From Candidatus Binatia bacterium (GTDB lineage Bacteria; Desulfobacterota; Binatia; UBA9968; JAJDTQ01): a stretch of 64,000 nt of DNA. The position numbers were made by a program, and so were the translations under genes. The stretch spans positions 992,001 through 1,056,000 of the forward strand of contig OY762897.2 of assembly GCA_963666515.2 (NCBI GenBank), written 5' to 3'. How positions within the stretch are numbered: the stretch's first letter is position 1; each line of letters starts with the position of its first letter. The notes under the pieces are model-generated. The model saw only the letters and a list, made by a program, of their open reading frames with translations, was not told the origin of the DNA and made no database searches. Shown here one piece after another: positions 11,360 through 21,375 of this stretch.

Positions 11360-12793
11360 TCAGCTTTGGGTTGACACGCGGGCGTCGATGTAGCGGATTC
11401 CTGCGGCTAGCCGCGCCAGGGTGATGTCCCGGCCGAGGACGTCGATGACCTCGTAGATGCCGGGGCTCACGGTCGAGCCGGTGAGCGCCACCCGCACCGG
11501 CTGGGCCACCTTGCCGAGCTTGATGTCCCGTTCCGCGACGATGTCGCCGAACACCTGCTCGATACCGGCCTCGTTGAAGGCCGCGAGATTTTCAAGTCTT
11601 ATCGACACTTCTTGAAGCAGATTCTTGGCTTCGGGAACCAGGTGCTTGCGTCCGGCCTTCTCGTCGATCTCCACCGTGTCCGCGAGGAAGTAGTGCGCCA
11701 TGTCCACCAGCTCCACCAGGGACTTGGCCCGTTCCCTCAAGGTCTCCACCATCCTCTCCAGCCACGCCCGGTCGTCGGGGTTCGGGTAATCCTTCGCTGA
11801 GAGGTAGGGGAGCACGTCCTCGGCCAGTCGGGACGGCGGCCGCTCTTTGAGGTAGTGGGCGTTGAGCCACAGCAGTTTCTCGGGATTGAAGACCGCCGAG
11901 GACCTGCCAACGGCGTCGATGTCGAACTTCTCCACGAGTTCAGGGCCATCGAAGATCTCCTGGTCGCCGTGGGACCAGCCCAATCGCACCAGGTAGTTGT
12001 TCAGAGCGTCGGGATAGTACCCCATATCCCGGTAGGCGGTGACCGAGGTGGCGCCGTGGCGCTTGCTGAGCCGCTTCTTGTCCTCGCCCAGGATCAGCGG
12101 CACGTGGGCGAACACCGGCGGTTTCGAGCCCAAGGCTTCGTAGAGTTGCATCTGCCGCGGCGTGTTGGACAGGTGGTCGTCGCCCCGGATGATGTGGGTG
12201 ATGCCCATGTCGAGGTCGTCGCACACCACGCAGAAGTTGTAGGTGGGGCTCCCGTCCGAGCGGGCGAGGATGAGGTCGTCCAGCTCGGTGTTGTCGAACT
12301 CCACCCGGCCCTTGACCTTGTCGTCCACCACCGTGGCGCCGCGCTCCGGCGAGCGGAACCGGATGGTGTAAGGGACGCCCTCGGGCAAGGGCACCTCCGC
12401 CCGTTCCGGCGGCCGGCACGTGCCGTCGTACATCGGCTTGCGTTTCTCGGCCAGCGCCGCCGCGCGCTTGGCCTCCAGAGTTTCCGGGGTGCACACGCAG
12501 GGGTAGGCGTCCCCGGCGTCCAGGAGTGTGCGGATCTTCTCCCGATAGAGATCCATCCGATCGGTCTGGTAGAACGGCCCCTCGTCCCACACCAGGTTCA
12601 GCCACTCCATGCTCTCAAGAATGGCGTCGATGGCCACCGGCGTTGATCGCTCACGATCCGTGTCCTCGATGCGCAGGACGAACTTCCCGTCGCAGTGACG
12701 CGCGTAAAGGTAGTTGAACAGCGCCGTGCGCGCGCCGCCGATGTGCAGGTAGCCTGTAGGGCTGGGGGCGAAACGTGTTCGGATTTCGGGCAT
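11360..12793 (-). CDS. gltX: Glutamate--tRNA ligase
   Basis: RFAPSPTGYLHIGG, LRIEDTD, IRGDDH, RLSKR. Confidence 0.97.
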   Translation of the reverse strand: MPEIRTRFAPSPTGYLHIGGARTALFNYLYARHCDGKFVLRIEDTDRERSTPVAIDAILESMEWLNLVWDEGPFYQTDRMDLYREKIRTLLDAGDAYPCVCTPETLEAKRAAALAEKRKPMYDGTCRPPERAEVPLPEGVPYTIRFRSPERGATVVDDKVKGRVEFDNTELDDLILARSDGSPTYNFCVVCDDLDMGITHIIRGDDHLSNTPRQMQLYEALGSKPPVFAHVPLILGEDKKRLSKRHGATSVTAYRDMGYYPDALNNYLVRLGWSHGDQEIFDGPELVEKFDIDAVGRSSAVFNPEKLLWLNAHYLKERPPSRLAEDVLPYLSAKDYPNPDDRAWLERMVETLRERAKSLVELVDMAHYFLADTVEIDEKAGRKHLVPEAKNLLQEVSIRLENLAAFNEAGIEQVFGDIVAERDIKLGKVAQPVRVALTGSTVSPGIYEVIDVLGRDITLARLAAGIRYIDARVSTQS

Positions 12794-12970
12794 GAAATTG
12801 GTGCTTCGGGATCGGGGCAACGCCGGTCGGCGTGGCAACACCTTTTGCCTTCGGCGTGCAGCCGTGCCGGCGGTGAGTCTACTTGTTACTGTGGTGCTCG
12901 GGCGTTGTCAAATCGCGTCGGGCGAGCTTGACCGGTCAATGCTGGGTGAGGTGACCGCGGAGACCGAAAT

Positions 12971-12999
12971 TTGACCCGGTCGGCCGCGTATGCCATATT
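12971..12999 (+). promoter_or_regulatory. Putative sigma70 promoter of tRNA-Ser/Arg
   Basis: TTGACC, 17 bp, CATATT with upstream TG, about 20 bp before tRNA-Ser. Confidence 0.5.
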
Positions 13000-13018
13000 C
13001 CGGTTCGGGGCCTGCTTC

Positions 13019-13109
13019 GGAGAGATGGCCGAGCGGTCGAAGGCGCACGCCTGCTAAGCGTGTGTACCTCAAAAGGGTACCGAGGGTTCGAATCCCTCTC
13101 TCTCCGCCA
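13019..13109 (+). tRNA. tRNA-Ser (GCT)
   Basis: GGAGAGATGGCCGAGCGGTCGAAGGCGCACGC-CTGCTAA-GCGTG, long variable arm, GGTTCGAATCC, CCA end. Confidence 0.97.
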
Positions 13110-13218
13110 CCTTCAATGGCAAGTGGGGTCGCCTACCAAGTATGAGCGGTGGTGTCCGCGAGGCATTGCGGTTTCCCCGCCAGTGTGGTTAATTCCTTTC
13201 AACTCTCCCCGACAATTT

Positions 13219-13295
13219 GCGCCCGTAGCTCAACTGGATAGAGCGCCAGACTACGGATCTGGAGGTTAGGGGTTCGACTCCCTTCGGGCGCGCCA
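13219..13295 (+). tRNA. tRNA-Arg (ACG)
   Basis: GCGCCCGTAGCTCAACTGGATAGAGCGCCAGA-CTACGGA-TCTGG...GGTTCGACTCC...GCGCGCCA. Confidence 0.97.
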
Positions 13296-13415
13296 CCTCA
13301 CACCGTTGAATATCTCTTCAACAGATCCTGCTCTTGTGATTCCGAGTTTTTCTGGTTGCCATAACGTCTTTGATCTTATACGCTCCAGCTAGTAGCGTAA
13401 GGGTATGTGGACGTT

Positions 13416-13763
13416 ATGCCTGCCAGATCACAGGCAGCACTGCCGATCCCGGTCCGGCGTGCCCTGAGGAAACTCGGCACGGACATCCGGGATGCGCGCC
13501 GTCGCCGCCGCATCCCGACGGCGGTTATGGCCGAGCGCGCCTTCATCAGTCGCATGACTCTCAATAAGGTAGAGAAGGGAGACCCGGGCGTCTCCTTGGG
13601 CATTTACGCCACCGTGCTCTTCGTCCTCGGGATGACGGACCGTTTGGCGGAGTTGGCCGACCCCAGGCACGACCCGGTTGGATTGGGTCTGGAAGCAGAG
13701 AGGCTCCCGCAACGTATCCGCATCCGCCCGCTTCTCAGGCCAGAAACCAAGAGTGACGGTTGA
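13416..13763 (+). CDS. XRE-family HTH protein (HipB-like antitoxin)
   Basis: LGTDIRDARRRRRI...AERAFISRMTLNKVEKGDPGVSLGIY...VLFVLG; C-terminal LPQRIR. Confidence 0.8.
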   Translation: MPARSQAALPIPVRRALRKLGTDIRDARRRRRIPTAVMAERAFISRMTLNKVEKGDPGVSLGIYATVLFVLGMTDRLAELADPRHDPVGLGLEAERLPQRIRIRPLLRPETKSDG

Positions 13764-13780
13764 CGGATGGGGAATGTCCC

Positions 13781-14428
13781 TCATTCCTCAACCAGCACCA
13801 CCAGCCGTAGCGGCCGGCTTTGCCATTCCGGAAAGCGGTTGCCGCGTCCGGGGCACGACGACACGGCGACCAGGCAGTCCTTCTCCGCGCGCAACTCCAG
13901 GTAGTCTCCGGCCACGGATTCGGCGGGTTCCTCGAACAGGCGGTCATCCTCGTTGATGCCGGTCTTCATGAAGATGTTAAAGGCGTCGTGGACGTTGTGC
14001 GCAGTGAGGCCGTAGGATTCGATGGCGCGCACGAGGTTGTCCTGGCAGTTGGGGGCGTTGTCGACGCCGCGGAGCTTCCACAGTCCCGAGCTGCAGCGCG
14101 CGTAGATGAGATCGTGGGAGATGCCGCCCAGGGGCGAGTCGACGCGTTTCACGGTGTCGTCGGTGATGGTGAACAGCACCTCCATGTTGGGCGAGGAGAA
14201 CAGGCGGTTGCCCGTGGATAGGTGCGCTCCCTCCACGATCCGGGTGCGCCCGGACCAGAATTGCTCCTTGTAGTCGGGCAGCGTCCAGGCATTGAAGTCG
14301 GCCACTTGCCCGCCCTCGACGTCGACGACCCGCACGTACTGGCCGGCCTGGACGGTGCATGCCGCCCCCTGGCCCGCGGGAACCTGAACGGAATTGATTT
14401 CGCGTAGTGCCACGGCCTTCCCTCCCAT
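13781..14428 (-). CDS. Urea carboxylase-associated family protein (DUF1989)
   Basis: VDVEGGQVADF, HDL...RC, NCQDNL, FNIFM, GDYLELRAE.DCLVAVSSCP. Confidence 0.85.
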   Translation of the reverse strand: MGGKAVALREINSVQVPAGQGAACTVQAGQYVRVVDVEGGQVADFNAWTLPDYKEQFWSGRTRIVEGAHLSTGNRLFSSPNMEVLFTITDDTVKRVDSPLGGISHDLIYARCSSGLWKLRGVDNAPNCQDNLVRAIESYGLTAHNVHDAFNIFMKTGINEDDRLFEEPAESVAGDYLELRAEKDCLVAVSSCPGRGNRFPEWQSRPLRLVVLVEE

Positions 14429-14440
14429 TGGTCAAAGGCG

Positions 14441-14520
14441 TCCTTCGACTTCGCTTCGCTACGCTCAGGACGAACGGTTCGATTTCCTCAGGACAGGCGT
14501 AGCGGAACGAAGTCGCAGGA
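14441..14520. repeat. REP-like intergenic palindrome
   Basis: Arms TCCTTCGACTTCGCTTCGCTACGC and GCGTAGCGGAACGAAGTCGCAGGA. Confidence 0.6.
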
Positions 14521-14539
14521 CACAGATATCCACGGACTC

Positions 14540-15484
14540 CTATCCGGCACCGCTCCGGTCCCGCGCTCGCAGTCGCTCAAGCGCGTCCTCATAGTAGTGC
14601 TGGTAGTACCAGTCGGCGATCTCCTCGGCGGTGGCGGCCCACACGCCGTCGTGCCCGAGGATGTAGTCGAGCCCCTTGTCGATCCACTTGGCCCGGAATG
14701 CCTGCCCGCCGATGAACGGGTGGAGGCAGAGCCCGAGGATGCGTCCCGTGTGGGCGCCTTCTGCGTGCAGCACGTCGAACTGGTCGCACATCATCTTGAA
14801 GAAACTCTCGGCGTCCAGCCCGGCGCCGACGAAGGCGTAGACGTCGTTGATCTCCATGCAGTAGGGTACGCCCACCAGCCGGCTGCTGCTCACTTCGATG
14901 GGGTAAGGCTGGTCGTCGTTGCACCAGTCGGAGACGTACTCGATGCCCGCCTCGGCCAGCAGATCGAGGGTGTTGAAGGTCTCCACCAACCCCGGTCCCA
15001 ACCAGCCCTTGGTGGGACGTCCGGCCGCCGCCGTCAATTTCGCCACGCTCGCCTGAATAACCTCGCGTTCCTCTTCCCGCGACAGGCCGCCCAGAGTACG
15101 GGAATTGTTGAACCCGTGGCCCATGAGTTCCCAATCGCGCCGCAGGGCCTCCCGGATGATATCGGGATAATAGTCACATACCTGGTCGTTGGTGGGCGCG
15201 GAGGCGCGGAGGCCGTGCCGGTCCAGCATCTCCATGAGGCGCCAGATGCCCACGCGGGCGCCGTAGTCGCGCCAGCCGGCGTTCTTGGGGTCGGGGATGG
15301 GGCCGGGCGAGCGGCTGGGCGGCAGGGTCATGCCGGGGCCGTCGATGTCGAAGTGCTCCAGGTTCATCTGCACCCACAGCGCCACCCGCGCGCCGTCCGG
15401 CCAGCGCAGGGGAGGGCGCTCGATCAGAGGGGAATATCCGATGAGAGGTTCCATGTCCCATTCCGTGGGCGACGCCGCCGGCAA
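14540..15484 (-). CDS. Polysaccharide deacetylase family protein (PuuE/allantoinase-like); start may be ATG at 15454
   Basis: WPDGARVA, DYGARVGIWR, ELMGHG, GWLGPG, DDQPY, LHPFIGG. Confidence 0.85.
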   Translation of the reverse strand: MPAASPTEWDMEPLIGYSPLIERPPLRWPDGARVALWVQMNLEHFDIDGPGMTLPPSRSPGPIPDPKNAGWRDYGARVGIWRLMEMLDRHGLRASAPTNDQVCDYYPDIIREALRRDWELMGHGFNNSRTLGGLSREEEREVIQASVAKLTAAAGRPTKGWLGPGLVETFNTLDLLAEAGIEYVSDWCNDDQPYPIEVSSSRLVGVPYCMEINDVYAFVGAGLDAESFFKMMCDQFDVLHAEGAHTGRILGLCLHPFIGGQAFRAKWIDKGLDYILGHDGVWAATAEEIADWYYQHYYEDALERLRARDRSGAG

Positions 15485-15490
15485 TCCGTG

Positions 15491-16789
15491 CTACGACGCC
15501 GGGCCGCACAACTCCATGGCGGCCAGGGCGTAGACGCCGGCGGCCTTGACCAGGTGCTCGATCTTCAGCACCTCGCTGTGTTGATGGGCCGGGTCGTAGT
15601 TGGCGAACTGGCCGCCGGTGGAGATGCCGCCGGGGCCGTACGTCAGGCCCCGAATGCCGTACTCGAACATGGGGCCGGCGTCGCTGGAGACCGCATAGCG
15701 GTTGGGCGCGGCAAAGGGGACGGGCTCGCCGTAGACGTTCTGGTGGGCCCGCTCCATGGCCTGCACCAGGGGCTCGTCGCGCTCCAGCTCGAAGCCGTTG
15801 CCCGTGAGGTACAACTCGACATCGGTTTGCAGCTCGGGGTCGTCGACCTTGAGCTTGTCCAGCACCGCCTCGATCTCCTGCTTGACTTCCATGAAGCTCT
15901 GTCCCGGCACCACGCGCACGTCCACGTAGAGGTTGCAGAAAGGCGCGGGACACTTGGAGGGTTTGTAGGGGTGTCCGCCCTGGATGGCGCCGATGCCGAT
16001 GCGGGCCTCCATGAAGGGATGGGGATGGCGTTCACGGAACACGGGCTCCCACGCTTGGAGGGCGGTGAAGACGCGCATCATCTTCTCGATGGGGTCGATG
16101 CCGTGCTCCTTCGACCAGGTGTGCTGCGACCTGCCGTAGACCGTCACCTTCACGAAGCAGTAGCCCGTCTCGCCGATCTGCAGGCGCATTCCGGTGGGCT
16201 CGCCGATGACCGCATAGTCGGCGGTGACGCCGTGGGTCACCAGAAAACGCGAGCCGACCTTGCCGCCGCGGAATTCCGCCCCCTGGTACTGGTCCACCGG
16301 CGCCTTCTCGGTCTCGCCCACCACGCCGGTTATGAGGAGGTCGCCGGCCAGCTCCACGCCGGCCCGCTGGAGCGCCCGCACCGCGCCCCAGTAGGCGGCG
16401 AAGGCGCCCTTCATGTTGCTGGCGCCGAGCCCGTGGATCCACCCGTCCGCGGTGGTGGCCCGGGGCACGCCGCCGCCCACGATGTCGGCCGTATATCCGC
16501 TGCCCAACACCTCGGCCTCGCGCCCGGTGGTGCTGGTGTCGAAGTGTCCGCTGAAGAGCAGCGTAGGCGAGCCCTTGCTGCCGGGCAGCCGGCCCACCAC
16601 GTTGTTGCGTCCGGGCTCCACCTCCTGGAGCTGCACGCGCATGCCCAGTTCCGCAAGGCGTCCGGCGAGATAATCGCCGGCCGGCGCCTCCGCGCCCGGC
16701 GGGCTGGAAATGCTCACCAAGTCCATGGCCATGGTCACCAGCTCGTCCTCGTGGATTTCGGCCAGCACCTGCTTCTGAAGATCATCCAT
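15491..16789 (-). CDS. M20 family metallo-hydrolase (ArgE/DapE-like)
   Basis: SGHFDT, GLGASNMKG, IGEPT, dimerisation domain, SDA, YGPG. Confidence 0.85.
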   Translation of the reverse strand: MDDLQKQVLAEIHEDELVTMAMDLVSISSPPGAEAPAGDYLAGRLAELGMRVQLQEVEPGRNNVVGRLPGSKGSPTLLFSGHFDTSTTGREAEVLGSGYTADIVGGGVPRATTADGWIHGLGASNMKGAFAAYWGAVRALQRAGVELAGDLLITGVVGETEKAPVDQYQGAEFRGGKVGSRFLVTHGVTADYAVIGEPTGMRLQIGETGYCFVKVTVYGRSQHTWSKEHGIDPIEKMMRVFTALQAWEPVFRERHPHPFMEARIGIGAIQGGHPYKPSKCPAPFCNLYVDVRVVPGQSFMEVKQEIEAVLDKLKVDDPELQTDVELYLTGNGFELERDEPLVQAMERAHQNVYGEPVPFAAPNRYAVSSDAGPMFEYGIRGLTYGPGGISTGGQFANYDPAHQHSEVLKIEHLVKAAGVYALAAMELCGPAS

Positions 16790-16815
16790 GTGCTTCCTCG
16801 TTGGCGAACGGGCTC

Positions 16816-18465
16816 CTACCCGGCCTCGTGCACTACCTTGCCGTCCACCACGGTCATGTCCACTGTGATGTCCCGGATTTCCTCTCTCGGTGCGGTCAGG
16901 ATGTCCCGGGACAACACGGCCAGATCGGCGAGCTTGCCTTCCTCGATGGAGCCCTTGTCGGTTTCCTCGAAGTGCGCGTAGGCGCCGTTCCAGGTGTAGA
17001 TCCGCAGGGCCTCCATGACCGTCAGGCGCTCGTCGGGGTTCAGCACCGTGCCGCCCGGTCTCGGGTCGAGGCGCCGGTTCACCAGGCAGTCGATGCCCAC
17101 CATGGGGTTCGCGGTGACGATGGGCATGTCGGAGCCGCCCGAGGAGATCACCCCGCGCTCCAGCAGCGACTTCATGGGAAAGGCGTACTGCGAGCGCTCC
17201 GCGCCCCAGGGCTCCAGGGTGCAGGCTTCGCCCAGCACTTCTAGGATCGGCGGCTGGGCGTTGTAGACGACGCCGAGGCCGGCAGCCCGGTCGAGCAGCT
17301 CGGCGTTCCACAGGTAGGCGTGCTCCAGGCGGTGGCGCGCGTCCGGGCGCGGGTAGGCGCGCTGGGCCTTCTCAATGGCGTCGAGGGTGACGGTGATGCC
17401 GTGGTCGCCGTGGGGGATGGCGGCGATCTGGAAGCCTGCCTTGTGGGCCTCCAGGCAGAACTCGTCGGCCATCTCCTGGGAGCAGCGGAAGCTGCCGCGA
17501 AACGTCCCGTCGGGGTCGTTGGAGTAGGGCTCGAAGAGCGCCGCGGTCTGCCCCTGCACGCCGCCGTCGATGCCGATGACCGCGGGTCCAAGACGGATCC
17601 AGTCGTCACCGAAGCCGGTGCGCATGCCCGAGCGGAAAATCCGGTAGGCCGCGGTCTCCACGTCCCACTGGGTGCCGTAGACCGGATAGATGTTGAGATA
17701 GATCCGCGCGGTCAGGCCGCCCCGGCTGCGCAAGAGCTGCCACGCGCGAGATTCCTGCTCGTTGCGGATGGAGGCCTCGTCCACGCTGGTGATGCCGAGT
17801 CGGTTCAGGTACTGGCACGCCCACCCGTAGCCCTCCGCCAGCTCTTCCAGCGTCGGCGGCGTGATGGTGGGGAAGATGTACACCACCCGGCAGTTGTCCC
17901 ACATGGGCCCCAACGGCGCCCCCTGATCATCCCGGAGCATCGGCCCGCCGGGAGGGTCCGGGGTATCGTCCTCGATGCCCATGCGCCGCAGGGCCGCGGT
18001 ATTGGCGGTCCAGCTCATGGACTCCCGCTGGCGCAGCAGCACCGGGTGGTTGGGCGAGACCGGGTCGAGGTCGCGCCGCGTGGGGTAGCGCCGTTCCCGC
18101 AGCCGGTGGTGGTCGAAGCCCCATCCCACGACAAGCTCGCCGGCGGGGGTCTCGTCCACACGTTTCTTGACGGCGGCGGCGATCTCGTCGATGGAGGAGG
18201 CGACCTCGGGAGTGACGTCGATCCACTTCCGGTCCTCCACCGCGTTGATGATGTGCATGTGGTTTTCCACGAACCCGGGAGTCAGCGCGCGCCCCGCCAG
18301 ATTCACCACACGGGTCTCGTTGCCGACCAATGCCTCGACGGATTCGTTGGAGCCCACCCGGACGATGCGGTTGCCCGACACGGCCACCGCCTCGGCCACG
18401 TCGTCCCCTTGGTTCACCGTGATAACGCGTCCGTTGACGAACGCCAGATCCGCGTTGCTCGCCAT
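16816..18465 (-). CDS. Amidohydrolase_3 family protein (YtcJ-like)
   Basis: PGFVENHMH, DPPGG, IDGG, RHRLEHA, GGSD, GSIEEGKLADL. Confidence 0.9.
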   Translation of the reverse strand: MASNADLAFVNGRVITVNQGDDVAEAVAVSGNRIVRVGSNESVEALVGNETRVVNLAGRALTPGFVENHMHIINAVEDRKWIDVTPEVASSIDEIAAAVKKRVDETPAGELVVGWGFDHHRLRERRYPTRRDLDPVSPNHPVLLRQRESMSWTANTAALRRMGIEDDTPDPPGGPMLRDDQGAPLGPMWDNCRVVYIFPTITPPTLEELAEGYGWACQYLNRLGITSVDEASIRNEQESRAWQLLRSRGGLTARIYLNIYPVYGTQWDVETAAYRIFRSGMRTGFGDDWIRLGPAVIGIDGGVQGQTAALFEPYSNDPDGTFRGSFRCSQEMADEFCLEAHKAGFQIAAIPHGDHGITVTLDAIEKAQRAYPRPDARHRLEHAYLWNAELLDRAAGLGVVYNAQPPILEVLGEACTLEPWGAERSQYAFPMKSLLERGVISSGGSDMPIVTANPMVGIDCLVNRRLDPRPGGTVLNPDERLTVMEALRIYTWNGAYAHFEETDKGSIEEGKLADLAVLSRDILTAPREEIRDITVDMTVVDGKVVHEAG

Positions 18466-18702
18466 GAGTCTCCTCCTCGGAGCGTGGCACGAAATATCTT
18501 CGCCCATACAATTTTTGGCGAGTCCCGTGCAACCTTGACACCCCCGGAAAGCCTGTGCGAGTATCGCGCCCGAAACAGGGTTGAGGGAGACTGTGACGGT
18601 CGGTTCGACAAGGCGCCGTAGGCGCGGCGCCTGCGTAACGGGCGGTGTTTCCAACCTGTGCCTCGCGATTTCGGATGGGACCCCGCCGAGGAGGAAACCA
18701 AG

Positions 18703-20271
18703 ATGCAACGCACGAACCTCATGAGAAGGTTGGGCTGTTCTGATTCCTCGCCGAAGTGGTGGTATCGAGCGCTTGCCATCGCCGTGGTCCTGGCCGTTGT
18801 CTGCGTCTCCGCGGCGCAGGCCGCCAAGTCCGGCGGCATCCTGCGCATCGGCGGGGAGCGGGACGTGAGCGATCTCGATCCCCATACCACGCGCATAGGC
18901 TGGGACATCAACATCATGCAGAACGTCTACTCGGGGCTGGTCCGGGCCGGCACCGACATCCAGCCGCGGCCGGATCTGGCGACGAGCTGGGAGTTCAAGT
19001 CGTCGACCCGGCTGGAGTTCACGCTGCGCCAGGGCGTGAAGTTTCATAACGGCCGTGAGTTCACGTCCGCGGACGCCAAGTACTCGCTCCAGCGGATTCT
19101 CGATCCCAACGTCCCGGCGGGGTACGCGAGCACCATCAAGTCCATCGACACCATCGAGACTCCCTCCAAGTACAAGCTGGTCCTGACCCTGAAGCGGCCC
19201 GATGCCGCCATCGTGACCAACCTGTCGTTGCCGGCCATGGCCATGGTGGCCAAGGAAACGGTGAAGCCGATGCCGGTGGGTTTGAAGGACGGGATGACGG
19301 GAACCGGCCCCTACATGTTCAAGGAGCACATCAAGGGCCGGCGGCTGGTGCTGGTCAAGAACCCCGACTACTACGACAAGTCGGTGCCGCTACTGGATGA
19401 GCTCCACTTCATTCCGCTCATCGACCAGACCGCGCGCACCAACGCGTTGCGCGCCGGCCAGGTGGACTACATCGAGCCGGTGCCGCCGAAGGACGTCAAC
19501 GCCCTCAAGCGCGACAAGAGGATCAACGTGGCCGGGGGGCCGAACATCAGCTTCGTCAACATCTCGCTCAACGTCGCCAAGAAGCCCTTCGACGACGTGA
19601 GGGTGCGGCAGGCGGTGGCCTACGCCATCGACCGCAAGGAAATGGTGGAAAAGGGCTTCGACGGCTTTGCGCAGCCGCTCTGGGGACCGCCGCTGATACC
19701 GCCGTACTGGGCGGGAAACGACGACAAGTACTACAACCTGGACCGAGAGAAGGCGAAAAAGCTGTTGGCGGAGGCCGGCTACCCCGATGGGGTCGACGTG
19801 GCCATACGGATCGGCACCACTTCCTACCATGCGCCGTTCGCCGCGGTAGTCCAATCCGAGCTAAAGAAGGTCGGCATCCGGGTCAAGATCGACGCGTCGG
19901 ACAGCGCTAGCTCCTCACGCGACTGGCGCACGGGCAACTTCCAGATGTATCCGATTCGCTGGTGGGGCTCGGACTTCGTTGACCCGGACGGCGCGCTGAC
20001 GCCGCTCTTCACCTGCGAGGGCAGCTACAACAACAGCAAGTTCTGCGATCCGGAGTTCGACAAGCTGCTTGCCAAGGGGGTGGTGGCCACCACTATAGCG
20101 GACCGCAAGGCCGCCTACCGGGTCGCCATGAAGCGCCTGGCCGAACAACAGCCCTGGGTGTTCCTGGTCGCCTTCGACCGTTTCCAGGCCATGCGCACCC
20201 ATGTCAAGGGTTACACTCCCTTCCCGAACGCCAGCCAGTATTCGCTGCGCGAGGTCTGGCTCGACAAGTAG
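18703..20271 (+). CDS. Peptide/nickel ABC transporter substrate-binding protein (family 5)
   Basis: Signal peptide, LDPH, LRQGVKFHNG, GTGPY, RVRQAV.YAIDR. Confidence 0.93.
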   Translation: MQRTNLMRRLGCSDSSPKWWYRALAIAVVLAVVCVSAAQAAKSGGILRIGGERDVSDLDPHTTRIGWDINIMQNVYSGLVRAGTDIQPRPDLATSWEFKSSTRLEFTLRQGVKFHNGREFTSADAKYSLQRILDPNVPAGYASTIKSIDTIETPSKYKLVLTLKRPDAAIVTNLSLPAMAMVAKETVKPMPVGLKDGMTGTGPYMFKEHIKGRRLVLVKNPDYYDKSVPLLDELHFIPLIDQTARTNALRAGQVDYIEPVPPKDVNALKRDKRINVAGGPNISFVNISLNVAKKPFDDVRVRQAVAYAIDRKEMVEKGFDGFAQPLWGPPLIPPYWAGNDDKYYNLDREKAKKLLAEAGYPDGVDVAIRIGTTSYHAPFAAVVQSELKKVGIRVKIDASDSASSSRDWRTGNFQMYPIRWWGSDFVDPDGALTPLFTCEGSYNNSKFCDPEFDKLLAKGVVATTIADRKAAYRVAMKRLAEQQPWVFLVAFDRFQAMRTHVKGYTPFPNASQYSLREVWLDK

Positions 20272-20281
20272 GGTAGGGCAC

Positions 20282-20340
20282 GTGCCGGCGGCCGGTTTCC
20301 GACGGGGATTGTCGGAGATCGGCCGCCGGTGTTCCGGCAC
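20282..20340 (+). terminator. Long stem-loop after the SBP gene (mRNA stabiliser or partial terminator)
   Basis: CCGGCGGCCGGTTTCCGAC / GTCGGAGATCGGCCGCCGG inverted repeat. Confidence 0.55.
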
Positions 20341-20395
20341 GTCACAGGCTCGCTTCCCTTAGCCCCTGACGTTTCTCAGACCTGACGGGGTCCCG

Positions 20396-21340
20396 GTGAA
20401 CCGATACATCGTGCAGAAGCTGATCTCCCTGCTGCTGGTGCAGTTCGGCATCTCGGTGGTGGTCTTCTACATGATCCGCCTGGTTCCCGGCGACGCCGTG
20501 GACTACATCTACGGACTGTACATGAGTTCCGGGCGCATCGAGGAGATACGCGCGCTCTGGGGACTCGACCGCCCGCTCGTGGTCCAGTACCTCGAATGGA
20601 TCGGGCGCGTGCTGCAGCTCGACTTCGGGCGTTCCCTGATCTCCGGCTACCCCATTGCCGACGAGATCTTCTCGCGCCTGCCCGTGACGCTGCACCTGTC
20701 GTTCATGGCGGGGACGTGGAGCGTCATCTTCGGGGTGACCCTGGGCGTCATCGCCTCGCGGTACCCCAACGGCAAGATCGACGGGCTCGTCACGACCACC
20801 GGGATACTCGGGCTGGCGATGCCGCATTTCTGGCTGGCCACACTGTTGGTGCTGGTCTTTGCGGTCTACCTCAACATTCTTCCTTCCGTCGGCTACGTGT
20901 CCCTGTTGGAAGATCCCGTCGAGAGCACGCTTTCCCTGATGCTGCCATCCCTCGCCCTGGGCACGACCATGGCGGCGGCGGTGATGCGGATGGCGCGTTC
21001 GGCCATGCTGGACGTGCTTGCCCATGAGTACATCCGGACGGCGCGCGCGAAGGGAGTGCGCGAGCGCCGCGTGTTCTCCAGACATGCTCTCAGGAACGCC
21101 TTCATCCCCGTGCTGACGTTGATCGGCACCGAGACCGGCAAGCTGCTCGGCGGCTCGCTCATCATCGAACAGATCTTTGCCATCCCGGGCATCGGCCAGT
21201 ACGCGGTGGAGGCCGTGCTGAGCCGGGACTACCCGGTGCTTCAGGCCACCATGATCGTCATCGCCGGCAGCTACGTGATCATCAACACGCTGGCGGACAT
21301 TGGCTACGGGCTGCTGGATCCGCGGGTACGGTACGATTAG
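20396..21340 (+). CDS. ABC transporter permease (DppB/OppB-like)
   Basis: GLDRPL..QY, YIRTARAKG, HALRNA, RDYPV. Confidence 0.92.
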   Translation: MNRYIVQKLISLLLVQFGISVVVFYMIRLVPGDAVDYIYGLYMSSGRIEEIRALWGLDRPLVVQYLEWIGRVLQLDFGRSLISGYPIADEIFSRLPVTLHLSFMAGTWSVIFGVTLGVIASRYPNGKIDGLVTTTGILGLAMPHFWLATLLVLVFAVYLNILPSVGYVSLLEDPVESTLSLMLPSLALGTTMAAAVMRMARSAMLDVLAHEYIRTARAKGVRERRVFSRHALRNAFIPVLTLIGTETGKLLGGSLIIEQIFAIPGIGQYAVEAVLSRDYPVLQATMIVIAGSYVIINTLADIGYGLLDPRVRYD

Positions 21341-21375
21341 GAGCGCCATGACGCCGCGCGTAAAATTCAACCCTT

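Noticed and set aside
9262-13295. Prophage/ICE integrated at the tRNAs
   Set aside because: No integrase, phage genes or duplicated tRNA 3' end seen in the window.
14597-16981. 794-aa + strand ORF and similar long ORFs (e.g. 25849-28281, 48130-50001, 38853-40889)
   Set aside because: Antisense shadows of well-supported genes.
16816-19329. 837-aa fusion protein
   Set aside because: The upstream part is antisense to the ABC SBP gene; the real start is ATG 18465 with a GAGGAG RBS.
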